Shown piece by piece: positions 1 to 13,380 of a stretch of 64,000 bases of DNA (the stretch's first letter is position 1; each line of letters starts with the position of its first letter). Both the position numbers and the translations under genes were made by a program. The notes under the pieces were generated by a model. The model worked only from the letters and a program-made list of their open reading frames with translations, made no database searches and was not told the origin of the DNA. Origin of the DNA: Prorocentrum cordatum (lineage: Eukaryota); the NCBI GenBank assembly GCA_963575745.1, contig CAUYUJ010000092.1, forward strand, positions 186,001 to 250,000, given 5' to 3'.

Positions 1-2859
1 TCGAAAGCTTTACTGCAATGCTAAAAGGATGCTTCTTGAGCAAGCCACGCTGGATTGACATGGGCATCTGCTCTGTCCGTCTGGGTCCTTCCTTTCTTGC
101 ATCCACCGCGTCGAGGCGCAATGGACCTCTGGCTAAAAATGGAGCGCAGTGCAGCGAGGCTCGGCCTGAAGGTGCAGCTTAGCGCCAGGTCCAGATCTCT
201 GACGTCTGGCTGGCGGAGATTCCCGAGCATACACTTTGACCAACGAAGGAGCGTGTGCTTCCTACGTTTTTGGGGGGCAACCTGGGGGCACGTTACCTGG
301 GCATACGTTTGGTACCCCAGGGTGCAATGAGATGCAGGTATTTTGGATGGATGGATACAGCTTCGCGGGCGGACCGTCAGATATGTGTAGCATCCGTCCA
401 GGGTAGGGTGAGTCGGTGATCGTGCGTGCCCGTCAGCGGGCGAGTTGACTCGCATTGGTGTTACCATCTGGTCGCCAGACGCCCCTGGACAGTGTGCTTG
501 GGGGGGTCCCACTGGTATTCAGAGCGCGCCCCTTAGAGTGATCACGTACGCTCGGTGTGGAAACGTTACTGCCCAGGCTCTTGGACCTGCTGTTGCTAAC
601 CTTTCTTAGTGTTGGCCCTATGCTTGCCTCCTGACGCATGCACCCAGGAAGCAGCTTGTGGGCGTGATCCAGGAGGGCTCATGTGGGTTGCAGTCGATTG
701 CCCGTAAGCACCTGTCCAGAAGACGAGCGGTGGTTCAGCCGAACAGATAGCGATGGGAGCGGTCTTTCGCCACCTTTGGTCACCCGTTGCGCAGCAGGAG
801 TTTTTCCCACGAGCTGAAAGTGATACCCCTGCCAAGGCTGACAACAGTGTTATTTCGATCGGATTCCTCGCTTCAGATTAGGCATCCCCCTGCTCCTCCT
901 CCTCTCCCTCCTCCCTCTCCTGCGAAGGCACGTGCGCTCCTCCTCTTCTCCCTCCTCCTCGTCATCCGCTGCGACGTCACTTGCTGGTAGGAGTCCAGTG
1001 GACCTGACCGTCCAGGAGCCCTGTGGCTCCGTATCCAAGGCTGCGGCATGAAAAGGCTCAGGGGTGGCCGCCACTTTGACCACACGCGCCCTGCCTTCGG
1101 ACGGCCAGAGCGGATTCCGTCGCTGCCATGGGCCACTGCTCGGAGATGTTGGGGCTGGATGGCTCCTCGCTCGGGCGGCAAGGTCACGAGAGCTCAGGCC
1201 ATACCTGCGCCACGGGCTCCGAGCATTGCCTCGGAGCGGCCACAGGAAGGCGCTCGAAGTTTCCAGGAGGCACTGTCGACGTGGAGACTTGCACCCAGCA
1301 TCTCGTATACTTTTCCTTCGGTTGCGGCGTGGTGCCAGCAACTCCTCGTCCTCGTCCCCCTCGTCCTCGTGTCACTCGTCATCCTTCTCCCTTGCTCCCC
1401 GTCCTCAATCCTACCTGTCTCGCTCCCCTCCTGCGTCTACTTCTGTGGTGAAGCCTCTGCAGAGTCGTGCCGATTGCTTTCGCTTGCGAAGAATACCGCA
1501 ACAGACTCGTCGAGGTAAAGTGCATCAATATGAGCCGCACAGCCAGGCTTCAGAAGTTGATAAGTCGCTGCCATCGGCTGGGTGCCCTGATCATGTGAAT
1601 CTTTGAAAAGACACAAATTTTATACCGTTTCTAGATCATCGGATTCGTATATCCCGGATTCATGCCATCGTGCATGTCCTCCTCTTCCTCCTCCTCTTCC
1701 TCCTCCTCCTCCTCCTCATCCTTCTCATCCTCCTATGCCACCCCCCCGCTTCCCTCGCAGCATCGATAAGCCATGCTGTTCGACCTCTCGTGCCTGCGAA
1801 CTTCTGCCGGGGGCTTCTACGCAGCGATGGGGTACCGCAGGGGCTGCTGCGGGGTTCAGTCTGTCGTTGGCCGCCACTGGCGCGTTGGCCCAGCAGCGGC
1901 GTGAACAGAAACGCATCTTCGATGTTCTGCACCGGGTTTCTTGTTTGTGCGGCCTCCTCCTCCTCCTCCTCCTCCTCCTCCCCCCATCCTCCTTTTTTTC
2001 CTCCTCCTCCTCCTCCTCCTCCTCCTCCTCCTCCTCCTCCTCCTCCTCCTCCTCATGCCCTCTTTGGCCTTCCCCCTGTGGCTTGCTCCCTTCTTGTCCT
2101 CCGCTCCTGCCAATCGTCCTCTGACGTACGGAGGCCAGCCGCGTACGCTCGACGCGCCTCCTCTCTGGTCGAACCTGCGGTCCGTCACGCCTCCTTCGAC
2201 ATTCTTCGACCCTCCGTGCCTTGCCCCCTGTCCCCTGAGATGCAGACGTCGGAGGAGGGCCAATGGAGACATCGGCGGCTCCCCTGCCTGGCCTCAGATC
2301 CGTTCCAGAGCGGCCCCCGAACCCCTCCCGGGGATCCGGCCGCAGCAGCGAGAGCCCTCCGGGAGGCCCCGAAAGAGCGAAAGGCGCCAGGGAGGGCCGC
2401 GGTTGTCTCGGCTGGCCCCCCTCGCCGACGTGTATTACAGGCATCACAGCTGAGGTGGTCTAACTTTTCGCGGCGAAGAGAAAAAAAAAAACTCCGAAAG
2501 CAGATCGGCCCGCCGAGGACTTGCTCAACTGCTGGGAGTCCCCGTCGCCCTCCCACGGCGCCCCGTCCGAGGCCCGAGGCGCCGATGCGGGCGCCTCTGC
2601 GGCCGAGGCCGCTCGCGCCGGCACCACCATCTACCCCCCCTTCACCGATTGCTTGTTCCACTCCCCCCTTCTCCTCCTCCTCCTCCTCCTCCTCCTCCTC
2701 CTCCTCCTCCTCCTCCTCCTCCTGTTCCTCCTTTTCCTCCTCCATTCTTCGTCCTTCTGGACAACGCCTCCCTTGTCACACCCCCAGTCGTAGCGGTAGG
2801 GCGGGCCGGTCGTGTCGCCTGAAATGTCTTGACCATGTATGGTTCTGAACATTGAAATG

Positions 2860-3320
2860 TGTAACAGCTTGGCGGATGGAAGGTGGGTGGTTTTCACAAT
2901 GGTGTTCTCGCCGTGGTGCCGCGCACATTCGTCTTGAAGGTTTCTAACAGGTTCAAGGGTGGAGGGTGGGCAGTTTTCAAATGTGCCTTTCTCGCTTCAA
3001 CGCCGCGCACAGTCGTCTCAAAATTGTTCAACAGTGTCGAAGGTGGAAGGTGGTTCGATTTCAAACTGTGGCTCTCGCTTCAGCGCCGTGCACAATGGCT
3101 TTGACAATTCGCAGCAAGTTCAATGATCCGTATGGCTGAAGTCCCAGCAATGGTGTCCTGGCACGACTTAGGGTTGTCAGGACGCAGCAGTCACGTTGGT
3201 TCGTGGCGTTGAAGTCCTAGGAGTGGTGTTCTGGTACGGCTTCGGATTGTCAGGACGAAACAATCACCTTGATCCACTGCGTCGAAGTCCCAGGAATGGC
3301 GTTATGGCATTATTGTTGAT
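2860..3320. repeat. Degenerate minisatellites (~83-bp units, then ~73-bp units)
   Basis: The blocks ggtgga(a/g)ggtgg...ttctcgc...gccgcgcaca and gaagtcc..ggaatgg..ttgtcaggacg recur. Confidence 0.6.
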
Positions 3321-4994
3321 TATCAGACGGTTGCCTTCTAATGGATCATTTCTCGCAACGGCCCTATTTTTTTGATGGCCCATGACGAGGGAACTCCGAG
3401 GGAAGCTTTATTGCAACATATCGTTGATTCGTCGTGAGTTTACACTGGTCCTGCTCTTTCTCTTCCTCGACCACTTGATCCTCAATGTGAGGGATGAGGG
3501 GAAGGAGAAGGCGGCGGCGTAGCGGTATGGGGCCGAACATTGTTCAAACCGAGCTGAACACACAGCGGGAGTTTACGATGTGCGATGTACACCGTGCGAA
3601 CCGAATCGACGTCGGATGGAAGATGGCCCCTCTTCGTGGGGAGCCCCGATTTGTCTTCGCTCCAGGGGGTAGGAGGAGGAAGAGGAAGGAAAACACCCAC
3701 AGGCAGGACTCCCTCAGCTCCTTTCTGCAGGCCCTCTCAGCTGCAATGAAAAAGAGTCCTCCTTGCCTGCGTGCGCTCCTTGACCACCTCGTCTTTGCTT
3801 TGCCCGTTGCAGTCTGAGCTCCCCAGTGCGAAAAGCAACAAGGTTGTTGGCATTGATTCCACTGCGCGAATTCCACTTGATGTGAAGTCCTTCCGAAGCC
3901 CTCATGAGAGCAACCCCTCCCCCTGCCACTGTAAGTTGCAAGGACTGGGAACTCTGAAGTGTGTCGCTGGTGTGCAGCAGTTCCGACACCAGCCCTTGGC
4001 CCGTGTATCCCATTGCCTGAGTGTTCTTGGCATAGCGGTGCGTGGCGATGGCGTCCCGACGACGTCCGATTCAAGGGCGCTGGTACTCATAAGCCGAACG
4101 ACTTCAAACAAGTATCTTCCTCTTCCACCTCCAACTCGGTTCCTCCTCCTCCTCCGCCTCCCTCTCCTCAGCCTCCTCCTCCTCCTCCTCCTCCTCCTCC
4201 TCCTCCTCCTCCTCTGCCTTCCTCTCCTGCTCCTCCTCCCTCTCGCCCCCTTCCTCCTCATCCGCCTCCTCCCCCAATCACCCCGGCTCCTGGCGCCAAG
4301 GCGGGCACCTCTGTGGCGGAGGCCGTGATCGCTGGCCTCGCCATCGCACCGGTGTGGTTCGCCTCCCAGTGGACCTACAGCGCCGGGGTCGCCAGGACGT
4401 CCGTAACGTCCTCCACGGTGATCTCCACAACCAGCGTGGTGCCCAGGAGAGGCCCACAGACCTCCAGGCGTCACAGAGAGTCACGGCTGACTTCGTTCTC
4501 GATTTCGGCGCCAGGGGATCGTATTCCTCGCTCCTGAACCGCAGGTGTAGCCTTAGGTCGGGCACGTCCTCCTACGGGCGGATTATGGGAGAAAGATGAA
4601 AAAGAGCGAACAAATCTTCAAAAATAGTCAGACATTGTCGAAGAATCCTCCCCAGGCTATCTTTTACTATGTTGGAATTTCCCCTCCTGTAGAGGGACAT
4701 GCCCGACGTACGTTTAGCCCTCCAGCTGGCGGGCACGTTGCACCGCAGGCGAGCCGGCGGCACATTGCCCCAGGAGGTCCCTGGCCAGGTGCGCTGGAAC
4801 TGAGGCACTCACGTTGCCAGCCCACCTGGCCAGTGACCTCCTGGTCCAGGATTCCCCACATGACAGCAGGCCTTCACCTGTGTCATCGCCAGTTCCCGTC
4901 CAGGGTGTCCCAGGATTGCCCAACAGGTCCCTGGCCTGCTGTCCCTGGTGCGCTCATATTGTCCCTGGAGCCCTGTGAGCGCACCAGGGCTTTT

Positions 4995-5217
4995 GGGCCC
5001 TCCTCAGGGCAGTCGAAGCAGTATTGCAAGCCCACCAGAGCGAGGGGGGAGGATTTTGGGCCCTCCTCGGGGCAGTCGAAGCAGTATTGCAAACCCGCCA
5101 GAGCGAGGGGTGAGGATTCTGGGCCCTCCTCGGGGCAGTCGAAACAATATTGCAAACCCGCCAGAGCGAGTGGGGAGGATTCTGGGCCCTCCTCGGGGCA
5201 GTCGAAACAGTATTGCC
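4995..5217. repeat. 63-bp tandem repeat, ~3.5 copies
   Basis: gggccctcctc(a/g)gggcagtcgaa starts at 4995, 5058, 5121 and 5184. Confidence 0.9.
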
Positions 5218-5253
5218 AAGGACTTGCGGCCGGAGCCGCCGCCCCTGAAGGGG

Positions 5254-5254
<1 letters not shown>

Positions 5255-5297
<43 letters not shown>

Positions 5298-5301
5298 TGA
5301 T

Positions 5302-5356
<55 letters not shown>
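5255..5356. repeat. (GAC)n/(GACGGC)n microsatellite
   Basis: Direct reading. Confidence 0.95.
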
Positions 5357-7843
5357 CTGACTCTCTGGAGCCGAAAGCTTCTCCCAGGTAGGGGTGCCCC
5401 ACCAAGGGGTGGGGAAGTCACCAGGTAGGGGTGCCCCCCTAGGTGGGGGGGAGGTCAGAACCCCCAGAACCCCCACCCCCTGGGCGAGCGAGGGATCAAA
5501 GGGAAGGGGCTTCCCTTCGACTCTGTTACGATGGTGCTCGGTTTCCCTCGACGTTGCTCGACTGCCCTCATGCGAGACGACGACGACGACGACGACGACG
5601 AAAACGGAAAAGCGTCTCATACACGCTGGCAGGGTCGGCGAATTCTTGGCCGTGTTGGCCATCCTGTGGCGAGCGGTGTGCTCTTGAAAATGAGCTGAGA
5701 CAGAATTGAACAGAATTCGTGACGCTTCGCGCATCTCAACCAGCCCATCCAGCAACGATTCCTAGGCGAGTTGCCCTGACCAGGGACGTGTAGAAACGGG
5801 CGGTGACACAAAGAGAAGGGCAACCGCCTTACCACCTGCACGCTCCCCCCCTCGTACCCTTTTCGGTATGCTCAAAGGCCGCATGGCTGACTGCTGGCGT
5901 GTGGCCCGTGTGGCTGACTGCTGACTTTGTCGTTGCACCGAAGAGTGTGAAGAAGCCAGGAGTCAAGCATCTAAGTGTTTTCGCTTTGGGGGGCCAGGGC
6001 TCTCAGGGGGCCTTTTTGTTGGAGGCATTGGGGCTCTCTTGGGTCCTCTTGGGAAACAAACGTTGGGGCCCTCCTTGGACGACAGAACACGTCTTGAAGT
6101 GCACCTGCACCCCTCTTGGGGCTCAGGCGATCTTGGGGCCAGCTCGAGGCTTCAGAAGCTTGTAGAGAGCACAATAACGACAGTCCCCCAAATAATCAGA
6201 CACCTGGTGGCGTTCAGAGCATGTGTGCCCTTTGGATGCATCGTTGGAGTCGAGAGGCTCCGTGACCACTTAAAACCGTCCTGGAGCCTGATTAGGAAAT
6301 CTTCGAAATGTCTTGAATGCTATGTTGGCACAATATTGCTCATCGTGAGCGCAGTATTGGAGCCACCCGGAGCGCAAATGGACCCTGGGATCGCTCGGTC
6401 CCATCCCTCCGTCTAGACCTAGGGGGTATGGAGGAAGGGTCGCCTCCCCCCCAGTCGGTGTCGGAGATAGCGTCTTGGGACTATCGTGGGCATTTCTCTG
6501 TGTTTTGGGATGCCTTTGGGTTCGTCTCGGGGCTGTTCTGTGTCCATCTTGAGACCCTCTTCGGCGATGTTGGGGACATCCTGAGGCCTCAGAAGTCCAT
6601 CCGAAGCGAGAAGGCGAGAAACCCCAAACTACCTAGCAAAAACCACGGGTGCCTGATTGACGCTTCGTAATCGTAATCACTCGGAGTCGTGTTGGAGGCG
6701 TCTCATGGCAGGCTGGTCGCAACGTTGGTCTAAGTTGGCGAGGCCATCTGGACGAAGATAAACCACATTGGAACCATCTTAGCCACCAGCGAAGGTTCAC
6801 ATTGCCAACGGGAACGCCTCAAGCTGACTCCCTCACCCCCACCCGCCCTCCCAGCAGATAGGTACGGTAGGTTCGTGTCGTGTCGACCGGCGGCAACGTT
6901 GAACGTCGCAGGCGATCCAGAATCGTTCCAGGTTGAACGATCCCCGCGGTGTCAGAAACCAACGCCGAAGTCAGCACGACACGAACCTGACGCAGCACTC
7001 GAGACTCAGCCCAGGCAGAAGTCGCCATCGGATGAGCACACCGTGGGACCTCGTGCAGACGCCAGGTGTGCGGCGCTCGCGGGGTGCGCCATGGGCGCCA
7101 CGGGCGCTGCGAGGCGTGCCAGGCGGGCCGGGTGCGCCAGATCCGCCACGTGCGCCAAGTGCGCCGCCTGCTCCAGTCAGTATCGTTTAGCCGATCCCTA
7201 CGTATCCCCATTCCCATCCCCATCCCGGTCCCCACTATCCCACCACCCCAGTTGGGGACCTGCCCCTCGAAGCCCAGGGAGCCGCCTATAACCCCATCTC
7301 GGGGGTAAATCAGCCTGTGGGGCCCAGGCCACGCCAGTGGAGGTGGGTATCGGTTGAACGATGCTCATCGCGCCGAGCCAGGTGCGCGACGCGCACAGGG
7401 GAGCGCCAGGTGCACCAGTGCACGCGGGCAGCACGCATCAGGCAATACGTCGACTCCCCGACCATCCGTGCCAGAAAGCCATGGCAGAGTGCTCGCGGGC
7501 GTCCCCACTCACGATCCAGATGTTGCCGCCACGTGACTTCGCATTGTTGTTTGTATCGTTTTTGAAAGGTTGATGGGGGTGGCCCTCGTGGTTCCTGGTT
7601 GGCGGCCAGCCCAGTGGCGGAGGGAGCGTGTAAGAGCAAGGGCCAGAGGGGACGAAGGGGGCTGGGAAAGTGGGCCCCTTTAACCACTTACACCTGGATA
7701 GCTGGAGGGATTAGCAATGCACGAGGTGCTCATGTGAAGGAGTTGTACCGTCCAGATCCTCCTCTCCCCCTCCCCTTCGGTGGGCACGAACATACCTACA
7801 CGGTAACGTGTGTTGCACATCTACTTATGTACCTTTTCTCAAG

Positions 7844-8520
7844 GTATGGACACTGCTGGCTAGCTGGATGTTCCTGGGCGAGAAGCTCACACCAGTCAAG
7901 TTGCTTGGGATCGCGGCTTGCATGGCTGGCAACGTGGCGACGCTATGGGGGAACGACATCGAGTCTGGGCAGAGGGACCACTTCTCTGGAGACGTACTGT
8001 GCCTTGTCGCGGCGATGTTGTACGCTACCTACACCACGATGCTGATGGTCCTCACCACAGAGGACACTTGCATCAACCTCGTCTTTGGTGCAGTGGGCGT
8101 AGCCATGTTGGTGTTCGCCTCTCCTGTAGTCCTCCTTCTCAGAGGCGACGCAGTGCGCACAATGAGCTCCGAGATTTTCGGGCTGCTCATTTTCAACGGC
8201 GTGTTCGATAACGTCCTCTCCCAGTACGCATGGGCCAAAGGGGTACAGTGGACGTCGCCCACAAGTGCCACCGTTGGCCTTTCGCTCACGATTCCCCTGA
8301 GCATGGTAGCGGATGTCGTCCGTAGGAAACCGCTCACGGTCTGGTCGTTCGTCGCCGCAGCGCTGGTGGTGCTGGGCTTTGTGTTGGTCACGCTGTCATC
8401 GTCGCCTGGTCGCGACGGCGATGGGGTCAAGGCGCGGCGGCCAGCTGCCGCGATGCCAGCGGACCAGGCCGACGGTGGTTCGCTGAGCGAGCCGCTCTCC
8501 CCGTCCGACGCAAGGAGTGG
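7844..8520 (+). CDS. Internal or terminal exon of a DMT/EamA-family (SLC35F5/Thi74-like) membrane transporter, C-terminal half
   Basis: ORF 7808..8656 has consecutive hydrophobic helices and the family motifs GDVLCLVAAMLYATYT and FDNVLSQYAWAKGVQWTSPTSATVGLSLTIPLSMVAD. A pyrimidine tract plus AG|G acceptor (ttttctcaag|gtatgg) sits in frame at 7843/7844. The 3' end is uncertain: a donor near 8515-8520 or the stop at 8656. Confidence 0.85.
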
Positions 8521-8999
8521 GACGAGAAATCTGAGTGGCGAAGCGCTCCTCCTTCACATCTCTCCCCCATTCAGTCTCCTCCGCCACTTCCTCCCTCGAC
8601 CTCTTCCTCCCCTCTCCTCCCCCTCCTTCTCCCATTCCCATTACTCGGGCCTGTGAGGATGCATCCCGAGGGCAACACGGAGACCTTTGCCCAGCCCGCA
8701 TTCGGAGTGAGGCCTAGCATTCGTGATACCACCGACGCCGGTAAAGCCAACGCGGAGATTCTCTCACCCTCGTAGGGTGTGCTTCGATGGGCGCAGTTGC
8801 CCTCCTCATCCTCATCCTTCTCCTCCTCTCTCAGAGTCCCTCTCCTCTCCGTGCCTCTTGCCTATGTGTATCTCTATAGATGTCTGTATATGTGTATATA
8901 TACACCCACGCATACTTCCTCCCCAGTCTCGTGTCTCGTGCTGGCCACTCGTGTCTCGTGCCAGCCACTCGTCGCCCACGTAAGGCATCTCGTTTCTCG

Positions 9000-9119
9000 T
9001 TCCTCCCTCTTTCTCTCTCCCTCTCTCTGTCTCTCTCTTTCTCTCTCTCTCTCGCTCTCTCTCTTTCTGTTTCTCTCTTTCTCTCTCTCTCTGACTCTCT
9101 CTCGTTCTCTCTGACTCTC

Positions 9120-9158
<39 letters not shown>

Positions 9159-9280
9159 GTGTTTCTCTCGCTATCGCTCTCCCTCTGTCTCCCTCTCTAT
9201 ATCTAGGTGTATGTACTTCCCTCTTTCTCTCGCTTTCTCTCTCTCTCTCTCTCCCTCCCTCCCTCTCCCTCTCTCTCCTC
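9000..9280. repeat. (CT)n microsatellite
   Basis: Direct reading. Confidence 0.95.
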
Positions 9281-9694
9281 ATCCCTGTTGTTGTGCGGCC
9301 TGCTCTGACATGGTGGAGCCCCCGCCCCAGGAGATAGGAAGCTGGCAACTGTCATCACAGGGCCTCCGCAACAAAAAACTCCCTCTCGCCACAGCACCCA
9401 AACGTGTCGGCAGAGCAGGCCCGGCGTCCCGCCCGAGACATCTTCGTTTGTTTGTGATGTCGAGGCTTGGAGCATCCGCCTGTTGCCAAGGGAGGAAAAA
9501 ACACCCAGACCGGACAAGTGGCGTTTACTAAACGGCCTTGGGCGTTTACTAAGCAGCCCTGCCCTGTTCGGTGTCTTCTGTGGGGGCGTTCAGTAAACGG
9601 CCTCGCTTGTCGGGGTGGTTGTTATGGGGGTGGATGTTTTGCCCTCTATGTTGAACAGGTGGATGGCGGATGGCTTCTCTCGAAGAAGGAGAAG

Positions 9695-9859
9695 CGCCAT
9701 AAGCATAAACTTTTGGCGCTCTGCGCGGATTTCTTGGATCCGCACTGAGCCCCCCCGGCGGCGCCTCCGGCGCCGCCCCTGGCGCGCTCCGCGCGTCAGG
9801 GAGGGGGGTCCAGCGCAGATCCAAGAAATCCGCGCGGAGCGCCATTTATGCTTATGGCG
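9695..9859. mobile_element. Palindromic MITE-like element, copy 1 (related copies at ~10668-10805 and ~53605-53768)
   Basis: The left arm cgccataagcataaa...gcgcggatttcttggatc is the reverse complement of the right arm gatccaagaaatccgcgc...tttatgcttatggcg. The GC-rich core is shared by all three copies. Confidence 0.75.
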
Positions 9860-10667
9860 TTTTTTTTTGCTGCTCTCACCGTGTGGCTCCCCCTCATCGC
9901 GAGGCACACACTCTGCCCAGATTGAGGGCGCATAGCTGTCAAAGTGTCTCCCTCGCCTTAGCGCCACGCACACGCGTGCTGAAACATCCCCTATAGTTGC
10001 ACTGGCGGACGGCGACTCAATGTATGCATGATGTTCTCGCTTGAAGCGTCTTCAGAGCCGATGCCCCGAAATCTAGAAGCTGTGCAACAGTTACGGTCCG
10101 AGGGCACATGTTTTGCAAAATGGTACTACTCTCGCCTGACGCGACCCCAGGCGTTTAAGGTTACATGTGCAAGTGCACGCCAGCAATAGGTACATGGATG
10201 GAGGGAGGCCCTTTGTCAACAAAACGGGCCATCTTTGGACATCCCTTAGACTTCCATGAGCATACATCTGGGCATTCCGTATGACTGGAAAGGGGAGGGC
10301 CGCTATGCCTGGAAGCGCGGCTCCTCGCCGCAACACGGCAGGCACAGGGGGCGCTCCGCCCAGCGGAGCGCAGCTCCCGCCGTGAAAAAAAAAGGCATCC
10401 GTGCACTGCCCTGTGAGGAGCGGGCTTGGGACGATAGTCGGGGGTGGACAGAACCCCCAACAGTGACACGTCGATTAGTGAATTGTCCGGTTTCGGTTCT
10501 CGAGAGGGCGCCGTGGCCGTTATTTTCCATGTTTGCGCCCGCCAGGTTTGGGCATCAGGTCGTTTTCACTAAACCACGTTTTACTAAAGGGGGGTCTGTC
10601 CATCCCCGAGATAGGCCTTATCCCGATTCGGCATGGTTAGGGGAACGAGCGATGGCAGAAACACGAC

Positions 10668-10805
10668 AACTCGGAGGTCCGCGCGGATTTCTCGGATCGG
10701 CGCTGGGGCCCCTGGCGGCGCCTCTGGCGCCGCCCTTGGCGCGCTCCGCGCGCCAGGGAGGGGGGTCCAGCGCGGATCCAGGAAAGCCGCGCGGACCTCC
10801 GAGTT
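10668..10805. mobile_element. Palindromic MITE-like element, copy 2
   Basis: Arms aactcggaggtccgcgcggatttc and gaaagccgcgcggacctccgagtt; same core as 9695-9859. Confidence 0.7.
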
Positions 10806-11691
10806 TTTATGTTTATGTCAGTTTTCGTTCCCCACCTGGTTGATGAATCTTCGATTGCTTATGATCCTTCCTCCTCCCCCTGCTCCTCTGCTCCTCCGCA
10901 AAGCCCGGTCACGCTGACTGGGCCGCAGTTTCGTCTTCCAGCCGCATGTTTCGACCACGAAGAATTATCCCGTGGCCTTGCGACCACGCAGCCCAGATTC
11001 TGCAGAGAAGCCCTATTCTTCGGACGGGAGCCGAGATTAATGACAGGCCCGATCATTGGTCAAGATACGGACGCGACGCCGCATTTGCAGATCAAAATCA
11101 TTGAAGTCACGTGGGGTTGTAGGCACGTTGCAACCCGCTTGTTCGCGCACGCGCGTGCTACAAAGATCACGCATCATACTTGAATGTCCCGCCCGCCCGC
11201 CAGGCTGTTTGAGCCCCGCCCGCCGCCCGACCCGCCCGCCATTCAGGTCTGCTTGCCCGACTTGACCCGCTCGTTTGGGCATGCGCGCATAACCAACTTG
11301 ACGGATCGTTCCGAGCCAATTGTCCTAAGAGTGTCCGGCTTTGTTGGGTTATAGACATGACCATGGTCATGTCCACGATCAAGTTCTAGACATGGCCATG
11401 GTTACGTGGAAAATCACTTGTTTTCGCATCTGCACCCTTCTCTTGATCATCGTCTCACCGTCGTCACCGTCATTATCGTCATCATCGCTACCGTCATCAC
11501 CAGCATCACCGTCATCATTGCCATCCTCGTTCCCACCGTCTTCACTGGGTCACCATCGTCATCAGCGTCGCCCTCTTGAAAGCATCTTGGGCCGTCCTGA
11601 GGCCATCTTGCAGGCATCTTGGGCCATCTTTGCGGCTTTGGTGGCCTCCCCGGTCCGTCCTGGAAGCCACCTCGGGCATCTTGGACGCCTT

Positions 11692-11890
11692 AGAGAGTGC
11701 CAGGGACGTGTCAGGGCGCCAGCGGAGGCTCGGGAAGAGACGGCGGTGAGCGCAGGTAGGCGCTACGAGAGGGGGGGGCGTGTTTGGAATGACACCAGAG
11801 AAGAGCCCCAATCAGTGGATGGTTTTCGCTGAGGAGAGCGACCGGGAAGCCGGGAGCCTGAGAACCCAAAACCCACCGAAATCGGCCCGG
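11692..11890 (+). repeat. ~200-bp dispersed direct repeat, copy 1 (copy 2 at 15986-16184)
   Basis: agagagtgccagggacg...cccaccgaaatcggcccgg is near-identical at both loci. Confidence 0.9.
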
Positions 11891-12779
11891 AACCAATAAC
11901 CGGGAACCCGGGAACCCGGGAACCCGGGAACCCAGCTTGCTACCCAAATCGGCGGGAAACGTTCGTCGAGTCTTCCAACTTCCGCTTGGACCCCTTCAGT
12001 GCAAGCACTGATTGGGGAAAAACTCCCGACTGTAATCCCTCACCGTGCCGACCTCCTCCGCCAACCTCGCAGGTCGCTCCACGAGGGCCGCGCGACCCCC
12101 CGGACGCGCTGGGCCCCGTGCGATCGTGGAGGGCCCCAGTGCTTCGGAGTAGAACTTGTTCCCGACGATCTTGTGCGTGCTTAGGATCAGGAGGGAAAGA
12201 TACACACACAGACACAATTAATCGTCGATTCCCCAGATAATATGGGAAAACATGGGGAGTGGGGGGGAAGACGAAAACCCCCAAAAAATAGGAAAACATG
12301 GGGAATCTTTTTATTTGTGTGTATTGAGTTGTGTGCCCAAGGGCCCCTTTCATAGGATCATTCCGTAGCCCCACCAGACAGCTCACGGGCATGTGCGCAC
12401 GCCACCGCCGTGCAGGCACGGCGGCGGACCTTGCGCTCGGACTCTGCGCAGGAGGCCCTGCGGGCTCCCAGCGGCCACCGAGGTGGACAGGTCGCCCTGC
12501 CGGCACCTCGTGCCACAGACGTGCAACTTCGAAGGGTAACGAGGCAGCAGGGTGGGGCTCGCTGGCCAGAAAGTATCGACAGAACGGTTCGAGGCACGAG
12601 GTCTGTTCAAACATATGTTGGAGGATATCTCGACATTCGTTGGAGCTCGCAGCATTTTTCCCCTGCTCTTTGTTCTTAGAGCTGGTTGCTACCTGATCAG
12701 GCCGATCATAATATTTTAGTGACGAGATCTGATAGGGCGGGTGAAGGTTCCGAGACTGTTTCTGACATGTGAGGCTCCT

Positions 12780-13380
12780 ATTTCAATTTAGCGCAAGTTA
12801 TAGGCAAGCTGTCGAGCCCTCGCAGACACTGCGATATGTCCATAACCAGTATGCATAGCGAGAAATATTTGAAAACAAATCTGAACCTGAGAAATATTAC
12901 GACTGATGGTGGTGCTCTTTTGAATTTAGTCCAAGCTGCAGAGAAGATGCGTATCTGAGCAGAATGTTCGCGCACATCTCAGCGACAACATAAGACATGC
13001 AAGTTCGCCACATATCGCGAGACATAGTCGAATACAAGGTCGTAGTTGGTAACTATGTTGGGATATGTCGGTAGTATGTTCACTTCCGTTCAAGTTGGAG
13101 GCAAGTTGCGCAGCTAATAATTCCAGTGGTTGCCGCAGTAAGTTCCAACGCGAGACTTCCTGCATGGCATTGTTCGTTCCGAGTGTGTTCCACCAGCATT
13201 CGTACTTGGGAAATAGTTGGATGATTCTGGGGAGGCTTGTCTGATTTCCCTAAAAGATACGATTCCCAAGAAGTGATTATGTAGACGACGAGGTATTGTG
13301 CTTCTATGCGGGATATATGTCCAGTGCTTCTTGTTTGCCAGTTTGCCTCTGTAGTTCCCTTTCTGTTCCATTATGTATTG
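12780..13380 (-). pseudogene. Degenerate non-LTR (LINE) reverse-transcriptase fragment
   Basis: Minus-strand frames give, in RT order: REIRQASPES (GxRQGxP-like), TYCGN (YxDD/YADN-like) and E...RIFSAAWTKF (thumb RI..AW..F-like). The segment is frameshifted and AT-rich. Confidence 0.5.

Noticed and set aside
1..850. Possible decayed RT fragment (AARLGLKVQ...)
   Set aside because: A single weak motif; not enough to call.
1760..1935. Possible small exon between CCT tracts
   Set aside because: An AG precedes it and frames are open, but there is no recognisable homology to the transporter or any family.
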